Assembly (NCBI GenBank): GCA_964016885.1
Contig: OZ024742.1
Location: 183,210,001 to 183,274,000, forward strand
Length of the DNA stretch: 64,000 bases
DNA from: Eledone cirrhosa
Lineage: Eukaryota
Direction: 5' to 3'
The notes beneath the pieces were generated by a model. That model was not told the origin of the DNA. It was given only the letters and a program-made list of their open reading frames with translations, and ran no database searches. Positions within the stretch are counted from its first letter, which is position 1, and every line of letters starts with the position of its first letter. Position numbers and translations under genes: made by a program. Of the stretch, positions 1-14,291 are shown in pieces.

Positions 1-149
1 CTCACCTTCCCCCATCATACCCACTCATTAAACACCCTCCCACTAGCCCCTATCATCCACACTGCCTAATACATGTATCCTATCCAACCTATACATACAA
101 GCCTGGAAAGCTAGACATGCTCTCCATCTGCATTCCCAGTCTTGCTGTC

Positions 150-426
150 ACAAGAAAAAGCACTTTGTCCAGCCTGTAAAGTGGTCATGCTTGTAACACA
201 ATGAGTGTAGGTGATTGTGTTAGTACCACGGTGAAAAAGCATCCAGTCAATGCTGTAATGTGGTTGTCATTAGGAAGGGCATCCGTCCTTAGAAACCAAG
301 CCAGACTCAGTTCTGTATGAGCAAGACAAAATCCCCTAGCTATGACTCGTCTCATAATGTGACAGCCTGTCTACCCTATGCAAACATGGAAAATAGATGT
401 CAAAGTGATGATGATGATGATGATGA
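150..426 (+). mobile_element. degenerate RTE-type 3' tail (LINE/SINE) ending in (TGA)n
   Basis: Shares taggaagggcatcc, tgtatgagcaag and the (TGA)n end with 55350-55648. Confidence 0.7.
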
Positions 427-680
427 CGCGTGCACACACACACACATATATATGCAGTTCAATATATAAATATCGATAAAATATGTAGCAGATATCAAAA
501 ATAAGTACTGGCTTGATATGATTGACTAAATCATGTCAAGGCAGTGCCCCACCACAGTCAAAATCTAATGACTGGAAATAGTGAAAGAAAAAAATTAAAA
601 GCATAAATTTAATGATGAAAAAGAAATTGTTAAATGTGAAAGAGAGAAAGTCCAGAAAGACAACATGAAATATGACTTAC

Positions 681-798
681 CCAGTAAGAAGTTCCAGTGA
701 AAGACTAACACTTTCATCTTTTGTATAAATAAGACGTTCAATTGCTTCATCTCCTCGATCTTCACCCGGAGTTTGTGCAGTATGTGTTCCTGCAGCAC
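681..798 (-). CDS. BMI1: BMI1/PCGF-like exon, linker and start of the RAWUL domain; gene continues left of the window
   Basis: catttag|...|gtaagt. 118 nt encoding GAAGTHTAQTPGEDRGDEAIERLIYTKDESVSLSLELLT, similar to BMI1 EDRGE..DEIISLSIEF. The frame differs from the ORF-track entry 595..798. Confidence 0.92.
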
Positions 799-1002
799 CT
801 AAATGTATTAAAAATAACACAGATGCAGTTGTCTATTTAGAAACAACCCCACCACCTACCCTATAAATGAGGTTTCTTACAATTTAATAAAGTGAGTTCA
901 GTCATTGCTAGATAGAATGAAAGGAAGGTAGCTGTCATTTCTGATAATCCAGTAAGTATAACTGCAGTTTACCTTTGTAGAGGACGTGATTGATGGTTTA
1001 GA

Positions 1003-1125
1003 TGTGAAGGTACATGGTCTAGTGATTAGGAAGTTGGACTCAGGATCATATGGTCATGGGTTTGATTCTTGAATTGGGTGGCATGCAGTTCTATTGAGCA
1101 TGACACTTCATTTCACACTGCTTTT
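1003..1125 (+). mobile_element. tRNA-derived CORE-type SINE head fragment
   Basis: A-box-like tggtctagtgatt and B-box-like ggtttgattct, followed by ttgagcatgacacttcatttcac as in the full copy at 20407-20778. Confidence 0.6.
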
Positions 1126-1174
1126 CATTATAGAACTTAGGTCCTATCATTAGAACCGCTCATTGGCCTCCATG

Positions 1175-1440
1175 TATATCATATCTTACATATAAATATT
1201 TGCAATGGTCTGAAACCAGCAAAGAACACCTTAATAGCCCAAATGTGTATTATATCATATCTTACATATAAATATTTGCAATGGTCTGAAACCAGCAAAG
1301 AACACCTTAATAGCCCAAATGTGTATTATATCATATCTTACATATAAATATTTGCAATGGTCTGAAACCAGCAAAGAACACCTTAATAGCCCAAATGTGT
1401 ATTATATCATATCTTACATATAAACATTTGTAAAGGTCTG
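1175..1440. repeat. 76-bp tandem repeat, about 3.5 copies
   Basis: cttacatataaa recurs at 1185, 1261, 1337 and 1413. Confidence 0.95.
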
Positions 1441-1598
1441 AGTTCCACAGATAACACCTCAATGGTCTGCTTGTTGCAGAGCTCTGAAGTAAGTTATGTT
1501 AGATACTGTTCTACCAGTTCAGCTAGTTCTACCAATGCATCAACTTACTATTTATGGTAATATTAACAGGGAATAAATATGAAAAATCATGACCATAC

Positions 1599-1640
1599 CT
1601 TTGTGGGTTGCATAGAAATCTCTCCGCCGTTTCATCTCAT
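1599..1640 (-). CDS. BMI1: BMI1/PCGF-like exon
   Basis: tatttcag|...|gtatgg. 42 nt encoding (N)EMKRRRDFYATHK (BMI1: NEMKRRRDFYAAH). Confidence 0.95.
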
Positions 1641-1989
1641 CTGAAATATAGAAACAAAAAATCAGAGGTTCATCCTCGTTATCATTAATGGTGCTGGGTA
1701 CCAACATAATAGATGACAAAAACATCAAAATGAGTGGCAATACAAATTATATGACAGCTGCTGCTGCTGCCACCATTGCCATTAATGCTGCCACCACCAT
1801 CAATGCCATCAACATTACCACTAACACCATCATCATTTTATGTCTGATTTTCAAGGATTAGACAAGTCTGTTCCACAACAGTATCACACAACTTGTTTAT
1901 CCATATTATCTTGGTCAGGTTCAGTATCGCTCCTTTTCCAGTCTTCCTTTTCTGCAGGTTCCTTCTGCTTTTATCACTCAACACTTCAT

Positions 1990-3742
1990 CCACATCACTT
2001 CTCTACCAGTACAGTCTTCTCTCTTCTGTACATCACTTCTCTACTAGTGTAGTCTTCTCTCCTCTGTACACCACTTCTCTACCAGTACAGTCTTCTCTCT
2101 TCTGTACACCACTTCTCTGCCAGTGTAGTCTTCTCTCTTCTGTACACCACTTCTCTACCAGTAGTCTTCTCTCTTCTGTACATCACTTCTCTACCAGTAC
2201 AGTCTTCTCTCTTCTGTACATCACTTCTCTACCAGTACAGTCTTCTCTCTTCTGTACACCACTTCTCTGCCAGTACAGTCTTCTCTCTTCTGAACACCAC
2301 TTCTCTGCCAGTGAAGTCTTCTCTCTTCTGTACATCACTTCTCTACCAGTACAGTCTTCTCTCTTCTGTACATCACTTCTCTACCAGTACAGTCTTCTCT
2401 CTTCTGTACACCACTTCTCTACCAGTACATCACTTCTCTGCCAGTATAGTCTTCTCTCTTCTGAACACCACTTCTCTACCAGTACAGTCTTCTCTCTTCT
2501 GTACATCACATCTCTACCAGTATAGTCTTCTCTCTTCTGTACACCACTTCTCTACCAGTAGTCTTCTCTCTTCTGTACATCACTTCTCTACCAGTATAGT
2601 CTTTTCTCTTCTGTACACCACTTCTCTACCAGTATAGTCTTCTCTCTTCTGTACATCACTTCTCTACCAGTACAGTCTTCTCTCTTCTGTACACCACTTC
2701 TCTACCAGTACAGTCTTCTCTCTTCTGTACATCACTTCTCTACCAGTACAGTCTTCTCTCTTCTGTACATCACATCTCTACCAGTATAGTCTTCTCTCTT
2801 CTGTACATCACTTCTCTACCAGTATAGTCTTCTCTCTTCTGTACATCACTTCTCTACCAGTACAGTCTTCTCTCTTCTGTACATCACTTCTCTACCAGTA
2901 TAGTCTTCTCTCTTCTGTACACCACTTCTCTACCAGTACAGTCTTCTCTCTTCTGTACACCACTTCTCTACCAGTACAGTCTTCTCTCTTCTGTACATCA
3001 CTTCTCTACCAGTACAGTCTTCTCTCTTCTGTACACCACTTCTCTACCAGTACATCACTTCTCTGCCAGTATAGTCTTCTCTCTTCTGAACACCACTTCT
3101 CTACCAGTACAGTCTTCTCTCTTCTGTACATCACTTCTCTACCAGTATAGTCTTCTCTCTTCTGTACACCACTTCTCTACCAGTACAGTCTTCTCTCTTC
3201 TGTACATCACTTCTCTACCAGTACAGTCTTCTCTCTTCTGTACATCACTTCTCTACCAGTACAGTCTTCTCTCTTCTGTACACCACTTCTCTACCAGTAC
3301 ATCACTTCTCTGCCAGTATAGTCTTCTCTCTTCTGAACACCACTTCTCTACCAGTACAGTCTTCTCTCTTCTGTACATCACATCTCTACCAGTATAGTCT
3401 TCTCTCTTCTGTACACCACTTCTCTACCAGTAGTCTTCTCTCTTCTGTACATCACTTCTCTACCAGTATAGTCTTTTCTCTTCTGTACACCACTTCTCTA
3501 CCAGTATAGTCTTCTCTCTTCTGTACATCACTTCTCTACCAGTATAGTCTTCTCTCTTCTGTACACCACTTCTCTACCAGTACAGTCTTCTCTCTTCTGT
3601 ACACCACTTCTCTACCAGTACAGTCTTCTCTCTTCTGTACATCACTTCTCTACCAGTACAATCTTCTCTCTTCTGTACACCACTTCTCTACCAGTATAGT
3701 CTTCTCTCTTCTGTACATCACTTCTCTACCAGTACAGTCTTC
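1990..3742. repeat. 38-bp minisatellite (ACATCACTTCTCTACCAGTACAGTCTTCTCTCTTCTGT), about 46 copies
   Basis: Periodicity is directly visible, with recurring variant and deleted units. Confidence 0.98.
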
Positions 3743-5169
3743 AATACTATGGTTAGTCCCTTTAATGCTCAATTACTGTCTCAGCTCACCTGTGCTCTGT
3801 TGTTCATGCACACTAACACTTCACATCCAACAAAACATGCTCACATCATTTTTACCCAACCTTCATACATCTTCATGCATACTAAGTACCATGTTTCACT
3901 ATCATCCAATATTGTACTTCATATGCAAGCATCACACAATCTGCCCTTCACTTCGTTGAAAAACTCGCTAATAAGGGTAATAGTTCGCTAAACTTTTCCA
4001 CCCTGTTCTAACTCTGGCTGCTATGCTTTGACAACACCCACTCCCACTGCTGATTAGGCCACCTAGGTTAACGGAAGCTGTCAATTACTAATGAGGTTTT
4101 GAGCAATTAAGAGATTTCATTTCACGCTGCTCCTCCTGCTAACTACTTCTGTGCATATCTGTTACATATATAGTCCTTACTTTCTGTCAGCTTGTCTGAG
4201 ATATCATCAAGAATACCTTTTGTTGGGTACAGAGTACAGAGCTCCTACCTACTCTCTTTCTGCATGTAAAGCATGGCCATAACCAAGATGGCATTATATT
4301 GAAGTGAAAGCTGGGTATTTGGATATTCAGCACAGAAATTTAAGAGAAAATATATAAATTTCATGGTAATGAAAGAGAAAGAGAGAGAGAGTTTAAACTG
4401 AATAATAACAAGTAATATAAAAAGCTGACACACACACACATATACATGTGTGTGTGTATTTATGTATGATGGTATCAAATACCATCTGTCAATTGCTTTA
4501 CTTCCTCTCTCACTCTCTCCATTTTTATCCAGCATTTGATGTAATTCAATATATATGCAGTATATACTCTTTCAAGAAGTAAGTATATACTCTTTCAAGA
4601 AGTAAGTAAAGAGTATTTTTTCCTCCTAATTTTTTAGTCAGTGAAGGAAGGGCAGCGTCCATGACTCTTTTCAGGACCTCAGAAGTGTGTGAGAGGATGA
4701 TATTCTTGCCAAGTAGAAAGTGGAATAGATCTTTCTTCGCCACCATTTTTCACCCATTTTTCCATGCTAGCACAGATCAAACAAGCAAGCCACCTCTTGG
4801 TGTCATGAGGTGTTATGAAACTAAGAGTACAAGACTCTCCTCCACCTTAGCAGGCCACTAGTCCATTGCAAGTGTTAACTCTGCTATGGGTATTCATTTT
4901 TTCAGCTGAGTAGACTGGAGAAACATATAATGAAGCCCAGAAGAGAGATCAAACACACAACCATATAAATGTGAGATCAACATCTTAAAAATTACGCTGT
5001 GTGCCTTCTATGTTCTTCATGAGTAGTGAAAAAAGAAGACTACTTCCTTACAGTATACTTACAGAGATAACATATCCATAATATACACATACAATACCAC
5101 AAACAGACCCATATATACATAAATTCTAAGTTAGAATACTATCTTACTATTAAATGTCATTACTGATTA

Positions 5170-5640
5170 TCATCATCATCACTTTAACATCCATTTTCCA
5201 TACTGCTATAGGTTGAATCAGTTATTATGGACCAAGCCAGTTCTTGTTCAGAGTTACAGCTCTCCTAAACAGATCAAATAACCACGTCTCACTTGTATGT
5301 TCCAATTTTGGCATGGATTTTACAGCTGGATGCTTCTTCTAACGCCAAATTCTTTGCAGTGTACTGAGTGCATTTTATAATGGCACCAGCACTATGGACT
5401 ATGTCATGTCCTCCAAAAAGTTCTCTTTACCATACGCTGCCTCCAATTCAATTGCCAACTAATTTACAAGGTATATTGACTGCATTTTATCATGGCACCA
5501 GCCTAGGGAGGTTGTTGTATCATTAACAAGACTAAATTGGTTTCTCTACCCTCTGCTGTCGCTGATTCAATTTCCAACCAGTGTACAGAGAGTACTAGAT
5601 AGATTTAATCGCAGCACCAACACAAAAGAGGTTGCCATGT
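5170..5640 (-). mobile_element. degenerate RTE-type 3' tail
   Basis: (CAT)n followed by tacagctggatgc..ctaacgcca, the reverse complement of the RTE 3' UTR motifs. Confidence 0.6.
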
Positions 5641-6277
5641 TTTTATATGAACAATATTTCAAAAATATAGTTTATTGTTAGGCAATCAGTATATGCTCTG
5701 AACTAGTTTAGATTAACTCCCAACTCCATCCCCATCGACAATTATATATAAATATTATTAATAAACACCAACTTATTTTATTTTCAATGGCATCAACAAG
5801 AAAGTTGTACAAAAAACATAAATTTAGTTTTATCTGTTCATAAACACTGGATTGTGAACATATGCACTACAGAGAAGAGAGGGGTGGGGGGTGGGAGAGA
5901 GAGAGACATGGGAAGCAAGAAGAGGAGAGAGGTAGGAGGAGGGTCATAAATCAAGATGAAAAGGCTCAAGGAGTTAGCTTCCCAATATTCTGATGGAGAA
6001 TATTTTAAGTTGGAAGATTCTATTTGTGTAAATATCCCAAGGCAGTTTTCCCACACACAGACACACACATTTATATTAATACAAATCTACACATATTTCC
6101 ATTATCATATATATATATATACACACACATACATACATATATGTATTAACATCTATATATCTATACACAGACACATTTTACATCAATACACACATCCACA
6201 TACATAATTCCATAATTATATATACAGATTTACATCAATATATCTATACACACACACACACACATTTATATCAATAC

Positions 6278-6808
6278 ACATGTGATGCGTATGAAGGATG
6301 ACAGCTGCATAAAAAGGTGCAGAGCACTAGAAGTTGATGGAAACCGCGGAGTGGGGAGACCCAAGATGACTTGGGATGAGGTGATAAAAGCCGACCTTAC
6401 CCAACTACACCTCTCAAAGTCAATGATACACGACCGTGACTTCTGGCGTCACGCAGTAATACAGGGTACCCGACCTCCCATGGGTACATGCTGAAGCATA
6501 TAAACAATATGCCCCCCCCCCCCCCCCCCCCCACCACCGCAAGGTGGTCGTGGAGGTGCCACGGCAAAAAAGCACCCAGCCCACACTGTAAAGTGGACGT
6601 GTAGGCGCCACGAAAAAGCACCCAGCACTCACTGTAAATGAGGTTGGTGTTAGGAAGGGCATCCAGCTGTAGAAATCAAGCCAGATCAGTTCCTGTATGA
6701 GCAAGGCATGGTCAGCCGACCAGACACTGCCCACAACAGGACAACCCGTCTAACCCATGCTAGCGTGGAAGAACGGACGTAAAACGGTGATGATGATGAT
6801 GATGATGA
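6278..6808 (+). mobile_element. young 5'-truncated RTE LINE copy inside a BMI1 intron
   Basis: Near-identical to about 55133-55648 (ORF end [17 protein letters not shown], 3' UTR, (TGA)n). Possible short ACACAT target duplication. Confidence 0.95.
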
Positions 6809-7039
6809 CACACATCCACACAAAATATTTCCATAACCATATATAAATATCCACATGCGCGCATACACTCTTCCACACTCATTGTATATACATATTTACA
6901 TCTGCACACACATAAACACACACCTTACACATATCCTACAGTACAACTTTTATATAGAAAGAGAAAATAATTGTTTTATGTGGAAGATTGCCAACAACTG
7001 AATGTGGTGATAATTGTGTCAATAGATGGCCCTATAGGA

Positions 7040-7225
7040 GATGTTGTGAGGAAGCTAGGGGTGTTGTGAGATGGCAGGGGTGTTGTGCGGTGACAAGGAT
7101 GTTGTGAGATGGCAGGGGTGTTGTGCGGTGACAAGGATGTTGTGGGATGGCAGTATGGAAGTTGTGAAATGGCAGTAGAGATGGTGTGAGGTGACAGCAG
7201 GGATGTTGTGAGGTGACAGGGATCA
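7040..7225. repeat. degenerate GT-rich minisatellite (gatgttgtgagatggcagg-like units)
   Basis: Repeated tgttgtg...gcagg/acaagg units. Confidence 0.75.
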
Positions 7226-7679
7226 GATGATGGTGAAGAATACAAAATGTTTGGTCACTACATGCAATGGAGGTGGTGGATAGAGTGAAATATGGAAAGG
7301 AAGAGAGGGAGAGAGAGAGAGAGAGAGAGATAGAGAGAACTGAGGGGTAGAAAGGTAGAAAGAAAAGGCAAGCAGGTAAAGAAGTGAAGAGAAAGATGAG
7401 AAGAGAAAAGTGAAAGACAACATACACACAAAGAAATACATGCAGAGAGAGAGAGATAGAAAGAGACATGGTCACATTCACACACACTCTAACATAAGCA
7501 GACATAGGTTTGGCATTAAAAGAAAGAAAACAACAATAACAACGGAATGGTAAGGTTAATTCCAAAGTTCAAAGCTGTGAAAATATTCAAGGCTGGTGCT
7601 ATGCAATAATACCATTTTCTGAAGAATATATCCTGTTTGGCAGAAAATGAAGATCCAAATTACAATAACAGAAATAAAT

Positions 7680-7716
<37 letters not shown>

Positions 7717-7867
7717 AATATATATATAAAAATGGAAATTCTTATGAATTGCACCTGGTATTATTATAGAGGAATCGTCCTTTCTTTTCATCATCATTTA
7801 ATGTCAGAATATTTGAGGTAAAGAGTAAATTGAATAAAGAATAAAATAAAATATTGAGAGAACTCAC

Positions 7868-7923
7868 TTCGGTAAAGGCCAGGAACTAATTTGTAGACTA
7901 AGTCTTGTAAAGTTTCATCAGCC
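7868..7923 (-). CDS. BMI1: BMI1/PCGF-like exon
   Basis: tcattccag|...|gtgagt. 56 nt encoding ADETLQDLVYKLVPGLYR (BMI1: SDKTLQDIVYKLVPGLFK). Confidence 0.96.
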
Positions 7924-8610
7924 CTGGAATGAAACAACAAAATATAATTTTATGGATTCAACATTTCAAAATTCATTGTTTATACTTTCAAACAGGGAAA
8001 AAAAAGGAGGGGGGGGGTTTAAAAACAGAAGGACGGAGCAATCAGGAGGGTCAAACTTTACACTCTTGGCTAGCTAGTACATACATCTCAGCTGCACCTC
8101 TGCAGATAAGATGGTGAAAACATTACTACAGAGAAAAACAAGTGACATGCATTGCATCAGCCATTCCCAATCACAAGGCTCCTCTTCCTCAGTTAAAATA
8201 CGCTCCTCTTGATTTTGCAGAGGAAAATGGCAACCTGGAAAATGGCTAGTCAATGCCTGATATTTTGTTAAGCTTTTGTCTGTTATATTGCATCAATATA
8301 TTCATTGCAAATAAAAATACAATATGGAGATATGAAATATCTTACACCAATCATAGATTTATCAAGCCTTTTGTTGCCATATTTCTAATGAAAGACATTG
8401 CCTAAGATTTTCAATTAATTTCTAAAATAATCAAAAATTTGGAGGCATTCAGTAATATGTTGGTGTTTAGAGCATTAATTCTATAACAAAAGTTCTTACA
8501 TAAAATTATCGAGAAAGAATTTTCCCCCTCTCCCACAACTGGGGAATAGCTTGGGTTATACTCACTGAAAGATGCTGCGGCGTTATAATGAGGAGTATCT
8601 TAGCCTTGTG

Positions 8611-8677
<67 letters not shown>

Positions 8678-11600
8678 ATCTTTAAATCTACCCTCATCTT
8701 TCTTTTATTAAGTTGGGGTTTAGAATATAATTTAGAAAAGATTCTTACAAAAAATTATAATGGACGTTATAAATTTAAACATGAATACTTTAAACAAGCA
8801 GTTTTTCACCATAGTTTCAGAATTGTTGGTATCAAAAGGGTTAAAGTTGAAGTTTTGGTCATTTTAGTCACAGTTGTATTTATCTAATAAGTGAATTTAT
8901 CTGAGACAGTGTGTTGAAACTAAAGCAATTACAGCATGGAAGAGTCATTTTAGCCATTCAAAAAACTGTTAAATTCACTTCACATTTATCATTTATTTCT
9001 TTGGGTGAAAATGTTCATTGTAGTAGAATTGTGTTAGTGACCAGGTTATAAACAGTGCAAATAAAATGTCAACACCAAGAATCAAATAATAAACGTAACA
9101 GTAAAGTATGAATTTAATAGGTTATCTAAGATTTCGACTTAGTACTATGTATTTTGATTAATGCTTTAAAAAAGAATGATACTTTTAGAGATATAAGTGT
9201 GTGTATTGAATATTTATGGTAGAATCTTTCTCAAACTACCAGGTAGAATTTATTATTGTGGTGACATTACAATAAAATTTCTGCTTTTTCAAAATTTATT
9301 ATATCATCATCATTTAACATCTATTTTTCCAGACATGCATAGGTTAGACAGGTTCTCGCATTATAAGACAAGTTAGGTCCAGAGACCACGTCATGCTCAT
9401 ACAGATTTATATGCTGTATAAAAATATTGTATTATTCAACTGCACAGAATTAATGCTGCTCAGCTTTATTTTATATAGAACAATGTACAGTCAATGACTC
9501 ATCCGACAATATTTACATTTTTCACATAATGCACCTTTAAACCCCCATCCCTATATATATCTTGAAGAAGCTGATCTGTTCTCTTTTGTTCACATTAGAA
9601 GCTATGTTAGAACTAATGAAACAGCTCCTCAAACTATATTCATTCATTCTGTCAACCTAAACATGTCAGTATTTCTGCTATCCTCATGGGAAACAACTTT
9701 AGTTCTGTAGACAACTGTCATTGAGCTCGCAGTTTACTATCATCCAATGTCTTACAATTTCTTTCAATATTTTGGATGTTTAAATCCTCATAGTTTTCTT
9801 TTTAACCTTTTTAGGGCTGAATTTCTAATGATTAATTCATGAATTCTTCATTAATTAATTGAAATAGAGTTTTATTTCATTAAAAATACAGTCACAAAAG
9901 AGTGTAAGAATGCTTTTAAATATGTTGTTCCCTTTCTTTATCCCTAAAATAATTTTAAAATAAAAGTATAACCAAATTCTCCGTCTTAAATGAATTGATC
10001 TTTCACTACGCAGTAAAGTATAAAACTATCTATTCCTCACAGTTCAATTTAACAGATTGCCTTCATCTTACATTCCTTGTGAAAAGAAAGGTCCAGTTTG
10101 AAATATTAGCCCTTCTAATGTTACAGCAACTCACATATCTACTCATGTGTATGTCACTCCCTTTTCTACAAAAAAAGCAACAAAAAAAAAAAACATGTCA
10201 AAACTCAGTACATCACTTATCTACTGGATCTACATCTTAATTCAAAATATACAGTACATTGTAAACTCTGTATGTAAAATATATATATATATATCGATAC
10301 TATTTATATACCAATATATATGATGGAATGTTTTTAGATAAATATGAACATTAAAATAAATACTTTTGTATCATAGAACTAGTTGGTGATTTTAGGGAGG
10401 TTGGTATCAAAAGGGTTAAAAAAAATACTCTGTTTACAATCTTTGATGATATAGTTTTAATCAGAGGTAATACCAGTAAATTCAGAGATTAAAGTAATAC
10501 ACATATTGTGGTCACATTGACCAGATAGCCACTTCATACTAACTTTTTAAAGGCAGTGTATCACTGAGTCTACACATCAACTTCTCAAGTGACAGCCGAT
10601 AAATTAAACGTTACCAGAACAAAGACAAAGACAAAAGCACCTAATGTTTTAGTGGTTCTGATATATTGGTTGTTTGATACATAGGTGGGTGAGTGAGTAG
10701 TGGTGGTGAACATTAAAGACACTTTGAAGACTAAGGTGCAGAATTTATGACCATCATCATCATAATTTTACATTGCTTTCCACAATGACATGAGTGATGG
10801 GTTGTCATGGTTTAAAACCAAACAGATTGGAGCAACTTCATCTTGCTCATATGTTCCATATTTGGCATGACTACTACAACTTAATGCCTTTCCTAATACC
10901 AATCACTTTACAGAGTGTATTAGGTGCATTTTATCATGGAACCAACACTACCACTTTACAGTATTTATTGAGTGCCTTTTATCATTGTGGTTAAAAGTTC
11001 AAATCTTGTTACATTTGTACGGTATTCCTATGCAGGTATTCACTTCAGTTTACTGGATTAACAAATAACAGGTGAATGGTTTAATGAGGTAAACCAACTC
11101 CATCACATCCATGCTAACACAGAAATAGGAATGTAGTTAAAAAGGCAATATAATTAATACTCTATTTCAATGACCACAGTTCTGAAGAGGTCTATTTTCC
11201 CACTCTATATAGCGATAACAAATCTATATCAATCAAGTTCCCATAACTGGTGTAGCTACTTATTGGGGTTCCACTCTAGATATTTGACTGTATATCCATC
11301 ATGCTATTTTAATGGCTTTTAGAAATATTTGCTGGTGCCCAGTTCCTCACTAAGTTAAGTCTGCCAGCAGAAGCAATTATTGGATTGTGGCTGAAAAAAC
11401 GTCTTGAGTCAAAAGTGAAAAGTAGTGTCTTTATCCATCCTCCACCAGACATCAAGGTATTCTCTCTCTCCAAAAACCCCAGATTTGGGATAACGTTCCT
11501 TCAAATCCCTTTACTCTATTTCCAAAGGAACATCAGGCAATGTTATGTCCAGTATGAAATAACATTTCTTTAATCATTTCATTCTATATAACCATAATAT

Positions 11601-11762
11601 AATTATATAACTCTATATAACCACAATATAATTATATAACTTTATATAGCCTTACTATGATTCTATATCTCCATATAGCTGTAACATAATACATAATAAA
11701 ACACTTATGAAATCATTACTGGCAACTGTTTGAGATAGAATTGCTTGTAGTCAATTCCCCAA

Positions 11763-11765
<3 letters not shown>

Positions 11766-11822
<57 letters not shown>
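11766..11822. repeat. (GA)n microsatellite
   Basis: Direct observation. Confidence 0.98.
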
Positions 11823-11825
<3 letters not shown>

Positions 11826-12301
11826 GAGGCAGGTAGATGAGAAGAGATAGAATGAGGAAAGCGAGTGGAAGAAGAAACAGTGACAGACAATCAGCTAAAA
11901 TTCATAAAAATATACTGACAGTGAAACAAATAGAAAAGTTTTCTATATCACATTTTACCTCCCGAATATGAATAAAGATTATTATAAGATGTTTGTGGAC
12001 ACACGCACACACTGACAGACAGACACATTTAGATAGAGATATAACCTACATGACACACACAACACTGTCCGACAGAAACATACAGACACATGAACCTACA
12101 TGACACAAGTCATTAAAATAGGATTATTAATATAGCCTAATACCATAATCAGAATGACATCTCGTCCATATTTATTAGCAAATTATGCATAAAATAATAT
12201 TTAAATGTATTTCTTGTGAAATTAATTCTGTAAATAATCTATATTATGTATATAATTAACCCACCACTGTAGTCTTGTAATTCATTTCCTCTCCCAAGAG
12301 G

Positions 12302-12351
<50 letters not shown>

Positions 12352-12448
12352 TAATAATAACAATAATAATTATAGTTTCTGATTTAGGCACAAGGCCAAC
12401 AATTTTAAAGGGCGGGGAAGTCGATTAAATCGACCCCAGTGCATTACT
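12302..12448 (-). mobile_element. 3' end of a Meta-like SINE with expanded (ATT)n tail
   Basis: The reverse complement matches the ends of the SINEs at 26395-26960 (gtaatgcactggggtcgattt..gccttgtgcctaaatcagaaac). Confidence 0.75.
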
Positions 12449-12595
12449 AAATAAACAAAATTGAAAAGAGACCTGTGTTGACATCATGCAATTAATTCAA
12501 GCAGTATAATATTTTTCATAAAACATTAAAAAAAATTTTTTTCAATAAATTGTCAATAAAAATTTAAGCTGTAGGATTCATATTATACTATAGTG

Positions 12596-12627
<32 letters not shown>

Positions 12628-12944
12628 CAGAAATTAAGAGATGTATATATACACACACATAGGAAATTAAGAGATGTGAGAGAGCGAATTAGGGCAACAA
12701 AGTGTAACAAGAAAGAGTATGAATATGATGGGCAAAACAGAGTGATGGGAGCAAGAAGAAGATAGGATGAAGTAATGGAAAAGAGACAGTGATAGACAGT
12801 TACATGTTGACTATTTGAAAAGAGATCGAATAGAAAACCAGCATGAGTAGCATAATGAGGGAAGGATAAGGAGAGAGTGTATGATGGAAGATGGAGTAAT
12901 ATGAACAAGTGAAGGATTGAAGGATAGCAATAAAGATAGGTGAT

Positions 12945-14090
12945 GGTAAGAGAAATTAAGTGGAGTCACAGGCAAGAATTGTGCCACGCTGATCAGCACC
13001 TATGTTCCAACAATGACAAACCCAGATGATGCAAAAGAAAAATTTTATGATGAACTTGACAGAATCCTCATTGTCCCCAAGTTGGAGTAAATTATCCTCT
13101 TTGGCAATTTCAATACCAAGGTCAAAAGTAACCAAAAGTCCTGAGAGGGATCTGCAACACCAAAGTCTTGAGTTGTAAGCATGACTTCTCAGTAATAATT
13201 CCAAAAGTTATGAAGGTCATCTCACAGATGTCCAGTAACAGGGCTTAACCTCCAAACACAATTCCCATTGAAGTGTAGAATGAAACTGACAAACATCTAA
13301 CACATATAGAACAAAAAGAAAATCAGTCAGGATTTCAAAGATTCCAGCACTGACCATATCTATGGCAAGAAAGGAAACCACAGAAGAATTTCCCTCCTCT
13401 CTATTATTTCCAAGTTACTGGCCTACACAACTAACTGTTGGGATACCTAGAGCATAGCCAGTTTCAAGAGTGAATGTCAAACTGTGTAGATGGTAATAGC
13501 AGCACACCAAGTCCAAGAAATATACCAGGAGCAACACCAGAGTCTTCTTGACTTAACAAAGGTAACTAGACAGTCAAAAGTGATAGTTTGTGGGAGATGA
13601 TGGAAAAGTTTGCTGGCCATGACAGGTTAATTTCTATGATCTGACAGTTTCACACTGGTATGATGGTCCACACACAGTATGATGAAACAGCGATTTGCAG
13701 CACAACACTGGACATCTGTATCAGGTATCATATTGATGGTATGTAGTACAACACCTATTCATTTTCAAGTTGTTATCACAGTAACAGAGGCTGTCTTAGG
13801 GATTTTCTCTGTCTTCTGTCTAATAACTGCTCTTTCAATCCTGGAAACGAGCAGGAGATGCAGTAGGCAATGGACCAACTTTTAATACACATTGGCCTCA
13901 GAACAAGCATAAAGAAGAGTGGAGGCATGCAGCACACTACTTCAGGAAATCATATCGAGCAAGTAAGGCTTTAAGAGTTAATGTGAATAGAGAAAAGCAA
14001 CAGGGAGCTAACAGGTTCAACTACATTGGCAGCACACTCTCAAGAACAGTAAACATCAGTGAAGAGGTAACATACCAACAATATTTTTAC
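12945..14090 (+). pseudogene. heavily decayed RTE/BovB-like LINE
   Basis: Endonuclease-like ATLISTYVPTMTNPDDAKEKFYDELD..IILFGNFN, then RT remnants (NHRRISLLS), with stops and deletions. Confidence 0.75.
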
Positions 14091-14124
14091 ATGAAATTAT
14101 GGTTTTAATTTAGGTATGAATACT

Positions 14125-14291
14125 TTAACTCTTAACATCCTGCATCACATTAAAAATCAAGTCTTTACTCTAATAACTTAAAGACATTTTCCCAACCATC
14201 TATCCAACAGTAAAAGGCCAAAAACATTTGAATTAACAAATCCATTTTTAGATATTTTTCCACTAAATCATTACAGGATGTTAAGAGTTAA
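14125..14291. mobile_element. TTAA-flanked MITE with perfect 14-bp TIRs (CTCTTAACATCCTG), piggyBac-like
   Basis: ttaa-ctcttaacatcctg ... caggatgttaagag-ttaa. Confidence 0.8.

Noticed and set aside
595-798. 67-aa ORF MLQEHILHK...
   Set aside because: It is the wrong frame of the true BMI1-like exon at 681-798.
1840-2637. ORFs across the 38-bp repeat; possible CRISPR-like array
   Set aside because: Contiguous tandem units with no unique spacers, no cas genes and a eukaryotic intronic context.
9560-9640. Hammerhead-like words (tgaaga..gaaacagc); similar at about 11183 and 34005-34045
   Set aside because: Cores or stems are too degenerate to support a call.
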